Below are positions 8,753-16,941 of a stretch of DNA of 20,919 nt, in pieces. The position numbers were made by a program, and so were the translations under genes. The notes beneath the pieces are model-generated. The model was not told the origin of the DNA, ran no database searches, and saw nothing but the letters and a program-made list of their open reading frames with translations. The stretch comes from Verrucomicrobiota bacterium (GTDB lineage: Bacteria > Verrucomicrobiota > Verrucomicrobiia > Limisphaerales > CANJXF01): assembly GCA_038214755.1 (NCBI GenBank), contig JBBQRQ010000089.1, positions 1 through 20,919 of the forward strand, written 5' to 3'. Each line of letters opens with the position of its first letter. Positions within the stretch are counted from its first letter, which is position 1.

Positions 8753-9448
8753 ATGAGCAAAGTTCGAAAATCAGAAGAACGCGGTCACGTTAAAATCGAT
8801 TGGCTAGACAGCCGCCATACTTTTTCATTCGGCGATTACTACGACCCGGCGCACATGTCTTTCCATTCGTTGAGAGTGATCAACGAAGACCACGTCGCGC
8901 CCGGTTCGGGGTTCGGCGCGCATCCGCATCGCGACATGGAAATCGTGACTTACGTTTTGCAGGGCGTGCTCGAACACAAAGACAACATGGGGAACGGCTC
9001 GCTGATTCATCCCGGCGAAATCCAGCGCATGTCGGCTGGCACCGGAATCGTTCATAGCGAATTCAATCACTCCAAAACGGAGCCGGTCCATCTTTTGCAA
9101 ATCTGGATCACGCCGGAGCGCAGCGGAATTCGCCCAGGCTACGAACAGCGAAAATTTTCCGTGGAACAAAAGCGCAATAAATTCTGTTTGCTGGCCTCGC
9201 CTGATAGTCGGGACGGCTCGGTGAAAATTCATCAGGACGCGGAAATCTGGGCCACCGTTCTGGAGGAAAAGCGTGAGTTGATTTACGAGCCGCGTCCCCA
9301 CCGTCATCTCTGGGTTCAAGTGGTGCGAGGGTCGATCCAATTAAATGAAGAAAATTTAAACGCGGGGGACGCTGCTGCTGTCGAAGACGAGACACTTCGC
9401 CTTCAGGCAAAAATTGAAAGCGAAATTCTCATTTTTGATTTGGGCTGA
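8753..9448 (+). CDS. Pirin family protein (YhhW-like)
   Basis: WLDSRHTFSFGDYYDP, FGAHPHRDMEIVTYV, SAGTGIVHSE, LLQIWI metal-binding cupin motifs. Confidence 0.96.
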   Translation: MSKVRKSEERGHVKIDWLDSRHTFSFGDYYDPAHMSFHSLRVINEDHVAPGSGFGAHPHRDMEIVTYVLQGVLEHKDNMGNGSLIHPGEIQRMSAGTGIVHSEFNHSKTEPVHLLQIWITPERSGIRPGYEQRKFSVEQKRNKFCLLASPDSRDGSVKIHQDAEIWATVLEEKRELIYEPRPHRHLWVQVVRGSIQLNEENLNAGDAAAVEDETLRLQAKIESEILIFDLG

Positions 9449-9520
9449 GAAAATTACCGCGTGGCTCTGATGCTGCCAGACTGGTGGCTAAATAAGTTTG
9501 CAAAGAAACCTCGGGCAATT

Positions 9521-9589
9521 GGAACGCCGAACTCCGGTTCGGCTCGTCGCACTGTTCGACGCCGGGACCCCTCGGGAAATCGGCGTTCC
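9521..9589. repeat. Degenerate REP doublet (REPIN-like)
   Basis: Terminal 10-bp inverted repeat GGAACGCCGA...TCGGCGTTCC; left arm has internal hairpin GCCGAA-CTCCGG-TTCGGC. Confidence 0.6.
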
Positions 9590-9695
9590 TATCCGGAAAT
9601 TTGTTTCAGCATTGGAGCTAATCCAATCCAGCACCGAAGAATCGGGCGCAATTGGGTTGCGAGAAGAATCTGTAAACTCAAATTTAAATCGAATT

Positions 9696-10736
9696 ATGGC
9701 TCTCAAAATTCAACCCAAAAAAAATGGAGCGCGGCGACCTCTCCGGGGTAAAACTAAGCGGCGAAAAATTGTTTCTTTGGCGCGGTCGCATCGGGGCAGC
9801 TTGCGTTCGCCTCTCGCAAAGCCCGTCAAACTCAAACGCGTGGAATTGTCTGAACCGGAAGTTCAGCGCGAGTTGCCGCCGATTCCAATCCCGGAACGAG
9901 ATCGCAGTCCCTACGACGGAGACACTGCCATCAAACTTTACCTTCGCGAAATCGGTCAGGTGAAACTCCTCACCCCGCAAGAGGAGATTGTGCTCGCCGC
10001 CAAAATAAAAAAAGGGGACAAAAAAGCGCGCGAACTGATGATCAAAGCCAACCTGCGGCTGGTCGTAAAAATCGCCCATGACTACGAAAACTTCGGACTG
10101 CCGCTGCTCGATTTGATCAACGAGGGCAACATCGGTTTAATGAAAGCGGTGGAACGTTTTGATCCGGCCAAGGGCGGCAAACTTTCCACTTACGGCTCAT
10201 GGTGGATCAAACAATCGATCAAACGCGCGTTGGCCAATCAGTCGAAAACAATTCGGCTTCCGGTTCATCTGGTGGACAAAATTTCCAAAATGCGGCGGAC
10301 CGCCATGAAGCTGCAGGAAATTTTCGGACGCGAACCGACCGACGAAGAATTGGCCGAAGAAATGGGCATGACCGCCTCGCGCGTCGCGCAAATGCGCACC
10401 GCCGCGATTCGCCCCGCCTCGCTCGACGCTCCGATTGGCGACGACGATTCCAATAGCTTTTCCGAAGTGGTGGAGGACGAAAATGCCGACACGCCCTACG
10501 AACAACTCGAAGACAAAACCGTCACGAGAATGTTGCAGGAGATGGTCAAGACGCTGGATTCGCGTGAGGCGACAATTTTGCGTTATCGCTTCGGACTCGA
10601 CGGCGGCAACGAAAAAACTTTGGAAGAAGTCGGCCAAAAATTTGGCGTCACTCGCGAGCGAGTCCGGCAAATTCAAAACATCGCGCTAAACAAGCTTCGC
10701 AAGATGATCGAGAAGCTCGAAGCGGTTCAGAAATAA
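9696..10736 (+). CDS. RNA polymerase sigma-70 factor, RpoD/RpoS family
   Basis: Region 1.2 DTAIKLYLREIG, region 2 ANLRLVV..DLINEGNIGLMKAVERFD..STYGSWWIKQSI, region 4 TLEEVGQKFGVTRERVRQIQ; basic N-terminal extension; ATG 9696 preferred. Confidence 0.96.
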   Translation: MALKIQPKKNGARRPLRGKTKRRKIVSLARSHRGSLRSPLAKPVKLKRVELSEPEVQRELPPIPIPERDRSPYDGDTAIKLYLREIGQVKLLTPQEEIVLAAKIKKGDKKARELMIKANLRLVVKIAHDYENFGLPLLDLINEGNIGLMKAVERFDPAKGGKLSTYGSWWIKQSIKRALANQSKTIRLPVHLVDKISKMRRTAMKLQEIFGREPTDEELAEEMGMTASRVAQMRTAAIRPASLDAPIGDDDSNSFSEVVEDENADTPYEQLEDKTVTRMLQEMVKTLDSREATILRYRFGLDGGNEKTLEEVGQKFGVTRERVRQIQNIALNKLRKMIEKLEAVQK

Positions 10737-10849
10737 TTTTGGAGCGGCGCGTCTGTTACCGCCGCATTTTTTCTGTTGGGGTCCCGCCGGTTTGGCTCGC
10801 AGAAAATCTCCTAGCCGATTTTCCACCCGTCGCCATAATTCCCACCGTC

Positions 10850-11011
10850 ATGAAAACAACGAACCCGTCGCGGAAAGACTTGGAGCAAGCCATCCGGAAC
10901 GTCCCTGATTTCCCAAAGCCCGGAATTCAATTCAAAACACCTCAAGTCGTTGCTCCCCCTTGCCGGTTATGCGCCAAAGTAATCGATGCGAAGATTCGGG
11001 AGTTTCGGTGA
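10850..11011 (+). pseudogene. apt: 5' fragment of adenine phosphoribosyltransferase (apt')
   Basis: First 29 codons match 11851-11937 at 28/29 aa; degenerate in-register similarity continues (RLCAKVID vs RLFAKCID) to TGA at 11011. Confidence 0.9.
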
Positions 11012-11042
11012 GATAGCTGAACTTTGGCCGGCTCTTCAACGC

Positions 11043-11071
11043 TTGTTTCGGGCGTATTTCAGCAGTAGTTT
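11043..11071 (+). promoter_or_regulatory. Candidate leaderless sigma70 promoter of the TA operon
   Basis: TTGTTT-17 nt-TAGTTT, 6 nt before ATG 11078; no Shine-Dalgarno. Confidence 0.5.
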
Positions 11072-11077
11072 CCAGCC

Positions 11078-11350
11078 ATGACGCGCGAAGAAATCATCCG
11101 GGATATTCACGGGTTGGACGAAGAGTTGGCGGCCTTGGAAAAACAATACGGCTTGCTCTCGCCTGACTTATATCATTTCTACCGTGCTGGAGAACTGGAG
11201 CAGAGCCGGGACTTCATCCGCTGGGCCGCCTGTTACGAAGCCAAGTTGGATCGCGAATCGAGCTATCGCCAACTTATTTACGAACATCTGCGAGAACTTC
11301 GGCGGCAAGCCGGCTTGGGAGCATTGCTGTTGGTTCCACAAGGCGCATGA
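11078..11350 (+). CDS. Putative antitoxin, TumA-like
   Basis: 90 aa helical protein with L..LEKQYGL.S..LY..YRAGELE...DFIRWA..Y pattern; ATGA overlap with the downstream DUF6516-like gene. Confidence 0.7.
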   Translation: MTREEIIRDIHGLDEELAALEKQYGLLSPDLYHFYRAGELEQSRDFIRWAACYEAKLDRESSYRQLIYEHLRELRRQAGLGALLLVPQGA

Positions 11351-11769
11351 GTCTTTCGCTGGGTGACTTCAAAAGTTATAGCGTTTTTATCTACACGTTG
11401 TCGGAGCGACATTCGTTTATAATCAATTCCACTCTCGCGTTGGCCGCCATCGGAGCCGCGTTGGCCAAACTCGAAGGGCGGATTGAGTGCCAAAAAGAAA
11501 TTCATCTCGAGATTTGGGAATTGATCGATTTCGAATCACAGCGAATTCGCGCTTACAGCTATGAGGTCTACCAACGTGGCGAAAAGATCTTTTGGTATGA
11601 CCATTGGGAGCACCCGGAAATTTCCTCACTCGCCGCCACTTTTCCCCATCACAAACATGTGCTTCCCGATCTTCGTGAAAATCGCGTGCCCGCGCACGGC
11701 TTGAGTTTTGAGTCACCCAATTTGGATATTGTGCTTGAGGACGTGCGCCACGAATGTCTCGCAACCTAA
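11347..11769 (+). CDS. Putative toxin, DUF6516/TumE family
   Basis: YSYE...GEKIFWYD..EHPE...ATFPHHKH motif typical of DUF6516. Confidence 0.8.
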   Translation: MSLSLGDFKSYSVFIYTLSERHSFIINSTLALAAIGAALAKLEGRIECQKEIHLEIWELIDFESQRIRAYSYEVYQRGEKIFWYDHWEHPEISSLAATFPHHKHVLPDLRENRVPAHGLSFESPNLDIVLEDVRHECLAT

Positions 11770-11850
11770 TCGAACAGCCGCGCACTTTCACCGCCTGCGG
11801 AAAAAATTCTCGCAGCGCTCTTTCGCTATCCACATACTCCGCCCGATTTT

Positions 11851-12387
11851 ATGAAAACAACGAACCCGTCGCTTAAAGATTTGGAACAAGCTATCCGCAA
11901 CGTCCCGGATTTTCCCAAGCCTGGAATCCAATTCAAAGACATCACGCCACTCCTGGCCAATGGACGGCTCTTCGCAAAATGCATCGACCAGCTCTGCGGA
12001 GATTTTACTCCGGGCGACGTGGACGCCATCGTCGGAATCGATGCGCGCGGATTTATTTTTGCAGCGGCCGCGGCGCTGAAGTTGCAGTGCGGTTTTGTTC
12101 CCGTGCGCAAACAGGGCAAGCTCCCCTTCACCACTTACGAACAAAATTACGAGCTCGAATACGGCTCGAACACCATCGCCATTCACACCGATTCCATTCG
12201 ACACGGCAGCCGTGTCTTGCTCATCGACGACCTTCTCGCCACTGGCGGAACCGCCGCCGCCGCCGCCGAACTTCTAAAAAAAGTGGGCGCGAACATTTTG
12301 GAAATCACCTTCTTCATCGAACTCAGTTTTCTGAATGGCCGCGACAAATTGAAAAATTTTCCGGTGCGTTCACTGGTAGTTTATTGA
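11851..12387 (+). CDS. apt: Adenine phosphoribosyltransferase
   Basis: IRNVPDFPKPGIQFKDITPLL, GIDARGFIF, VRKQGKLP, YELEYG, PRPP motif LLIDDLLATGGT. Confidence 0.98.
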   Translation: MKTTNPSLKDLEQAIRNVPDFPKPGIQFKDITPLLANGRLFAKCIDQLCGDFTPGDVDAIVGIDARGFIFAAAAALKLQCGFVPVRKQGKLPFTTYEQNYELEYGSNTIAIHTDSIRHGSRVLLIDDLLATGGTAAAAAELLKKVGANILEITFFIELSFLNGRDKLKNFPVRSLVVY

Positions 12388-12404
12388 CGCGAACTCGATC
12401 GCAT

Positions 12405-12474
12405 GATTTATGATTTGCGATTGACGCGTCGCTTCGTATTCCGCGCGTAAATCTCAAATCGTAAATCGTCAATC
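12405..12474. repeat. Inverted heptamer arrays
   Basis: GATTTAT GATTTGC GATTGAC ... GTAAATC TCAAATC GTAAATC GTCAATC. Confidence 0.8.
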
Positions 12475-12476
12475 CC

Positions 12477-14813
12477 ATGTCCTGGCTCCATTCAATCGAC
12501 GCCGCCGTTTTCCATTTTATCAACGGCACGCTGAGCAATCCCATTTTTGATGAGGTCATGCCGTTTCTCAGCGGAAATTTTTTTTTCATTCCCGCGCTGC
12601 TTCTCATCGGCGTGGCGCTCATTTGGAAAGGTGGAAAACGCGGGCGAATATTTCTGCTGCTTATTTTGCTCGTCGTCGCGCTGGGTGATGGATGGATTTG
12701 CAACACGATAAAAAAAGCGGTGGCGCGACCTCGGCCATTTTACGAATTTCCCAGCGCTCATTTGCTCGTGGGAAAAGGGAAAGCCTTCAGCATGCCCTCG
12801 TCCCACGCTGCCAATTGGTTCGCCGCCACGACGGTCGCTTTTATTTTTTATCGGCGCAGTTGGCGATTCATGGTGCCGTTGGGGTTGCTCGTCAGCTTCT
12901 CGCGGGTTTATAACGGGGCGCATTATCCCAGCGACATTTTGGTCAGCGCAATTCTCGGCACGGGATACGCCATCGCCTTTGTCTGGTTGGCGAACTCGAT
13001 TTGGCAATTCATCGGCCAACGTTGGTTTCCCCTTTGGTGGAAAATTTCGCCATCGCTGATAAATCCAAATCCACCCATTGATCCCCAAAATTCCGCGTTC
13101 CGCGTTCCGCCTTCCGCGTTCGATTCGCATTTTCTCCGTCTCGGTTACATTCTTATTTTCGCGCTCCTCGCCTTCCGTCTTTTTTATCTCGCATCGCCGG
13201 CGATTGAACTGAGTGAAGATGAAGCTTACCAATGGATTTGGTCGAAGCACCTCGCGCTGTCCTATTTCAGCAAGCCGCCGCTCATCGCCTATGCCCAATT
13301 TCTTGGGACCACCATTTGGGGCGACACGGAATTCGGCGTCCGGTTTTTCTCGCCCGCCATCGCCGCAATTCTGTCGCTTCTCCTTCTTCGATTTCTCACG
13401 CGCGAAATCAACGCGCGTGTTGGCCTCGCTCTCGTCGCGATTCTCACCGCCACGCCGCTGGCCGCAGTCGGCTCAATTCTGATGACCATCGATCCGTTGT
13501 CCGTTTTATTTTGGACCGCGGCGATGCTTGTTGGATGGCGGGCTGTGCAACCCGACGGAACCACTCGCCACTGGCTTTGGGTCGGTCTCTGGATGGGCCT
13601 GGGTTTTCTCAGCAAGTACACCAATCTTTTTCAACTGCTTTGCTGGCTGATTTTTTTTCTTCTCTGGCCACCCGCGCGAAAACATCTTCGCCGTTCGGGT
13701 CCATACCTTGCGCTCTTGCTCGTCGCGATCAGTCTCACACCTGTCCTCCTCTGGAATTCTCAACACGGTTGGGCCACGCTCGATCACATCGCCAACAATG
13801 GCGGGTTGGGCAATGACTGGCATCCCACCTTGCGTTACGCCATCGATTTTCTCATCAATGAATCTCTTCTGCTCAATCCAATTTTTTTCATCGGGATGCT
13901 GGCAGGCGTAGCGCAGGTTTTTAACCTGCTGTATCGCAGGTTTTCAACCTGCAGAATGTCTCCCGTACGAGGCGGCGCCGGTTTTAAACCGGCGATACAG
14001 CAGGTTAAAAACCTGCGCTACGATTCCGTGACGAAATCCGGGTTGAACATTTTTCTTTTCAGCATGGGCGCGCCGCTCTTTTTATTTTATTTCGCTTACA
14101 GTTTTCATTCGCGCATTTTGCCCAACTGGATTGCTCCCTCCATCGTCCCGCTCTTTTGCTTGATGACGATTTATTTTCATAGCCAATGGCCGACTCATCG
14201 TCGGATTTTAAAACCGTTGTTCATCGCCGGTTTGACGCTTGGGTTTCCAATGATCGCTCCGCTGCACGAGACCGACCTCATCCCAAAATTTCTCAAACGC
14301 ACTTTGCCCGCGCAAGCCGACCCGTTGCGCCGCGTCCGCAATTGGCGCGAGACGAGCAGGGCGGTGGAACGAGCGCGGGAGAAACTGGCCACGGAAGGAA
14401 AGCCGACGTTCATTATTGGCGATCATTATGGAATCACCGGCGAAATTTCTTTTTATCTGCCCGAGGCGCAAAGACAGATTCGCGAAAACCCGATTGTTTT
14501 TTTCCGCTCCAGTTCGCATCCAAAAAACCAATTTTATTTTTGGCCAGGCTACGAGTCGCGGACAGGGCAAAATGCGATTTACGTCCAGCAAGTCGATTTG
14601 CCGAAATTGCCAAACGGGTGGATTGGGAAATGGCTTCGAGGCGGAAAGGATTTAACCGCCGCCGCGCCCAAGCCAAATCCTTCAGCGCCAGAAATTTTAG
14701 AACAATTCGCATCGGTCACTGATCTCGGCGTCATGGAGATTTTTTACGGCGAACGAGTATTTCGCAGAATTCAACTTTTTGAATGCCGCAACTTGCGCGA
14801 TGCGCCCCGATGA
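12477..14813 (+). CDS. Fusion of PAP2 phosphatase and GT83/ArnT-like (PMT_2) glycosyltransferase
   Basis: PAP2 motifs KKAVARPRP, PSSH, SRVYNGAHYPSD; then DEAYQWIWSKHLALSYFSKPPL, FGVR, TID, GLGFLSKY, P.LLWN, NW.AP of ArnT-like proteins. Confidence 0.92.
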   Translation: MSWLHSIDAAVFHFINGTLSNPIFDEVMPFLSGNFFFIPALLLIGVALIWKGGKRGRIFLLLILLVVALGDGWICNTIKKAVARPRPFYEFPSAHLLVGKGKAFSMPSSHAANWFAATTVAFIFYRRSWRFMVPLGLLVSFSRVYNGAHYPSDILVSAILGTGYAIAFVWLANSIWQFIGQRWFPLWWKISPSLINPNPPIDPQNSAFRVPPSAFDSHFLRLGYILIFALLAFRLFYLASPAIELSEDEAYQWIWSKHLALSYFSKPPLIAYAQFLGTTIWGDTEFGVRFFSPAIAAILSLLLLRFLTREINARVGLALVAILTATPLAAVGSILMTIDPLSVLFWTAAMLVGWRAVQPDGTTRHWLWVGLWMGLGFLSKYTNLFQLLCWLIFFLLWPPARKHLRRSGPYLALLLVAISLTPVLLWNSQHGWATLDHIANNGGLGNDWHPTLRYAIDFLINESLLLNPIFFIGMLAGVAQVFNLLYRRFSTCRMSPVRGGAGFKPAIQQVKNLRYDSVTKSGLNIFLFSMGAPLFLFYFAYSFHSRILPNWIAPSIVPLFCLMTIYFHSQWPTHRRILKPLFIAGLTLGFPMIAPLHETDLIPKFLKRTLPAQADPLRRVRNWRETSRAVERAREKLATEGKPTFIIGDHYGITGEISFYLPEAQRQIRENPIVFFRSSSHPKNQFYFWPGYESRTGQNAIYVQQVDLPKLPNGWIGKWLRGGKDLTAAAPKPNPSAPEILEQFASVTDLGVMEIFYGERVFRRIQLFECRNLRDAPR
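13091..13121 (+). repeat. Heptamer tandem (TTCCGCG x4) in the PAP2-GT83 interdomain linker
   Basis: TTCCGCG TTCCGCG TTCCGCC TTCCGCG TTC. Confidence 0.8.
13908..14021. mobile_element. GTAG-type REPIN/MITE lying in frame within the PAP2-GT83 CDS
   Basis: Perfect 30-bp terminal inverted repeat GTAGCGCAGGTTTTTAACCTGCTGTATCGC; 114 bp = 38 codons; homolog at 16942-17091. Confidence 0.92.
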
Positions 14814-15700
14814 CTGCCAAAACTTCGATCAAGACATTTTCAGTCGCTGACTACGATCTCGGAGCGACTCTGATTTCCGGTCAGGCCTTTCGCTGGCAGC
14901 TTCACTCTGAGGGATGGGAAAGTGTCTTGGACTCCCGCTGGGTTCGTTTGCGCCAGTGTGGAAAAAAAATCATCGCGGAGACCGTCCTGCCACAAGGCGA
15001 TTGGTCTTGGTTGAAAAATTATTTGCAACTCGAAGTCAATTTGTCGGAAGTGATTTCCACTTTCCCAGATGACCCGCCGATGCGCTCGGCGGTCGAGGCG
15101 TGTCGCGGCCTGCGGCTCCTGCGCCAAAACCCGTGGGAATGTCTGGCGTCATTCATTCTTTCTTCCACAAAACAAATCGTGCAAATCCAGCAGATCATCG
15201 CGCTGCTTTGCCAAAGATTTGGCGAACGAGTTTTGGTTCCGGCCGGGCACGAACCGGCTTTTGCGTTTCCAACTTTTGAAAAGATTGCTGAACTCAACGA
15301 GGACGACCTCCGTGCCTGCAAAATGGGATTTCGCGCGCCGTATCTGCTGGCCACTGCGACGATGCTCGCGCGAAAAGAAATTGATCTGGAAAATTTGCAT
15401 CGTTGCTCAGTCGAAGAGGCGCGCCGCGAGTTGCTGAAATTTCCCGGTGTTGGGAATAAAATCGCCGACTGCGTTTTGCTTTTTGCCTATGGATTCCAAG
15501 CCGCGTTTCCCGTGGACGTCTGGGTGATGAAAGCGTTGCGCCAACTTTATTTTCCAAAACGCCGCGCAAAATTGAAACGGCTTCACAAGTTTTCTCAGAC
15601 ACATTTTGGTCTCAACGCGGGTTATGCCCAGCAATATTTATTTCATTACATGCGCACGAAGATCGTTCAAAGTTTAATGTTCAAAGTTCAAAGTAAATGA
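14810..15700 (+). CDS. ogg: 8-oxoguanine DNA glycosylase/AP lyase (OGG1-type, HhH-GPD)
   Basis: DLGATLISGQAFRW, GLRLLRQNPWECLASFILS, GFRAPY, HhH FPGVGNKIADC, FPVDVW, AGYAQQYLF; ATGA overlap with upstream gene. Confidence 0.92.
   Translation: MTAKTSIKTFSVADYDLGATLISGQAFRWQLHSEGWESVLDSRWVRLRQCGKKIIAETVLPQGDWSWLKNYLQLEVNLSEVISTFPDDPPMRSAVEACRGLRLLRQNPWECLASFILSSTKQIVQIQQIIALLCQRFGERVLVPAGHEPAFAFPTFEKIAELNEDDLRACKMGFRAPYLLATATMLARKEIDLENLHRCSVEEARRELLKFPGVGNKIADCVLLFAYGFQAAFPVDVWVMKALRQLYFPKRRAKLKRLHKFSQTHFGLNAGYAQQYLFHYMRTKIVQSLMFKVQSK
15665..15694 (+). repeat. Heptamer tandem (GTTCAAA) forming the 3' end of ogg
   Basis: GTTCAAA GTTTAAT GTTCAAA GTTCAAA GT. Confidence 0.75.
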
Positions 15701-15815
15701 TGCCGCGTCTCGTGAGAGTGCGGAGCGAGACGGCGGAAAACGCCCGCGCTCTTCGGCGTAACCATACCGAAGACTCCTAACGCAAAGACACAGCGCGGCG
15801 AAGTGGCATCCACAT

Positions 15816-15885
15816 CGGAGCGCCGGTTTGCAACCGGCTTTGTCTCGGCGCGTTGACTCAAAGCCGGTGGCAAACCGGCGCTCCG
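15816..15885. repeat. GGAG-type REP doublet
   Basis: 27-bp inverted repeat with 1 mismatch, CGGAGCGCCGGTTTGCAACCGGCTTTG; each arm has an internal GCCGGT..ACCGGC hairpin. Confidence 0.88.
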
Positions 15886-15913
15886 TTACGGGAAAAATTT
15901 TGTCGAAAATGCG

Positions 15914-16039
15914 TTGGACTGCGGTGGCATGACGCCGCGTTTCCTGCACGCCTCGCTGACCGATGAAGCTCTCGAACTGGCTGAACCGCTCTCTTTTTCC
16001 ACCGTGCAGCCAAAGCGGGGACGTGTCCCCGCACTCCAA
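15914..16039. repeat. TTGGA(G/C)TGCGG...CCGCACTCCAA type REP doublet
   Basis: Ends TTGGACTGCGG / CCGCACTCCAA; internal hairpins GCGGTGGCATGACGCCGC and GCGGGGACGTGTCCCCGC. Confidence 0.8.
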
Positions 16040-16108
16040 AGACACCGCGGTGTTCCACAACTTTGCTTGCGGCTCGGCCTCGCTCCGACAAATTGGGAAA
16101 TAAATTTT

Positions 16109-16864
16109 ATGCCCACAACCCTTGAAGTTTTATTTTCGCCGGCGGAATTCTCCACATTGAAACAACGTGATTTGCGCGATTCCACCTGTGTCGTGTTCGA
16201 TATTTTGCGCGCTACGACGACGATGATGACCGCGCTGGCCAACGGCGCGGAAAAAATTATTCCCGTCACAGAAATTTCCGAGGCGATTGCGCTTCGCAAA
16301 AATAATCCTTCGGTTCTTCTCGCCGGGGAACGCGACGGTCAGCGCATCCTCGCCGCGCAAACAGGCGGGATTGATTTTGATTTGGGAAATTCTCCGCGCG
16401 AATTCATTCCGGAAAAAGTTCGCGGCAAAACGATTGTCATGACGACGACGAACGGAACGCGCGCGCTGCAAGCGTGCGTTGGCGCGAAAACCATTTTGAT
16501 CGGTTCGTTTTTAAATTTGAAGGCGCTGGCGCGTTGGCTGGCGAAGCACGAAAAGCCGGCCCAATTGATTTTCGTTTGCGCTGGAACATTTGAGCAGACC
16601 GCGTTTGAGGACGTGCTTGCGGCAGGAGTTTTGGGCCAAGAGCTTTACAAAAGGTTTCGATATGAAATTTCAGATTCCGGGCAAATCGCCTGGCAAATCG
16701 CGCAACGAACTGGAAGAAATTTGCTCCATGCAACTCAATCCTCTCGCAACGCGCGCCGGCTTTTGCGGATGCCGGATTTGGCTGAAGACGTGGTGGTTTG
16801 TTTTCAGCGCGACACCATAAATTTCGTCGCGAAGATGGAAGAGGGGGTGGTGAAGAAAGCGTAG
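16109..16864 (+). CDS. comB: 2-phosphosulfolactate phosphatase family (ComB-like)
   Basis: VVFDILRATTT, LLAGER.G, FDLGNSPRE, MTTTNGTRAL, VCAG, EDVLAAG; ATG 16109 preferred. Confidence 0.92.
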   Translation: MPTTLEVLFSPAEFSTLKQRDLRDSTCVVFDILRATTTMMTALANGAEKIIPVTEISEAIALRKNNPSVLLAGERDGQRILAAQTGGIDFDLGNSPREFIPEKVRGKTIVMTTTNGTRALQACVGAKTILIGSFLNLKALARWLAKHEKPAQLIFVCAGTFEQTAFEDVLAAGVLGQELYKRFRYEISDSGQIAWQIAQRTGRNLLHATQSSRNARRLLRMPDLAEDVVVCFQRDTINFVAKMEEGVVKKA

Positions 16865-16941
16865 TTTGATTTTGAATTTTTGATTAACAACGGCTGAGGT
16901 TGCTTTGGGGGTGATTCAAACTGGCGGTCAGTTGGTCAGTT

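Noticed and set aside
9498..9695. N-terminal extension of the sigma factor in the ORF track
   Set aside because: TTG start running through a REP-like palindrome; ATG 9696 is more plausible
10740..10770. Rho-independent terminator after the sigma gene (GCGGCG...CGCCGC then ATTTTTT)
   Set aside because: Plausible 6-bp stem, but the loop is long and the GGAG start resembles a single degenerate REP arm; cannot decide, so not listed as a feature
10739..11011. 90-aa standalone protein
   Set aside because: Intergenic read-through joined to the apt 5' fragment; reported as a pseudogene fragment instead
15674..16108. ORFs 15674-16060, 15688-15873, 15858-16091 and the comB N-terminal extension
   Set aside because: They translate REP palindromes; no protein family features
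16109..16864. Coenzyme M biosynthesis pathway
   Set aside because: Only a ComB-family gene is present; no comA/comC/comDE in the window, and stand-alone ComB homologs are widespread
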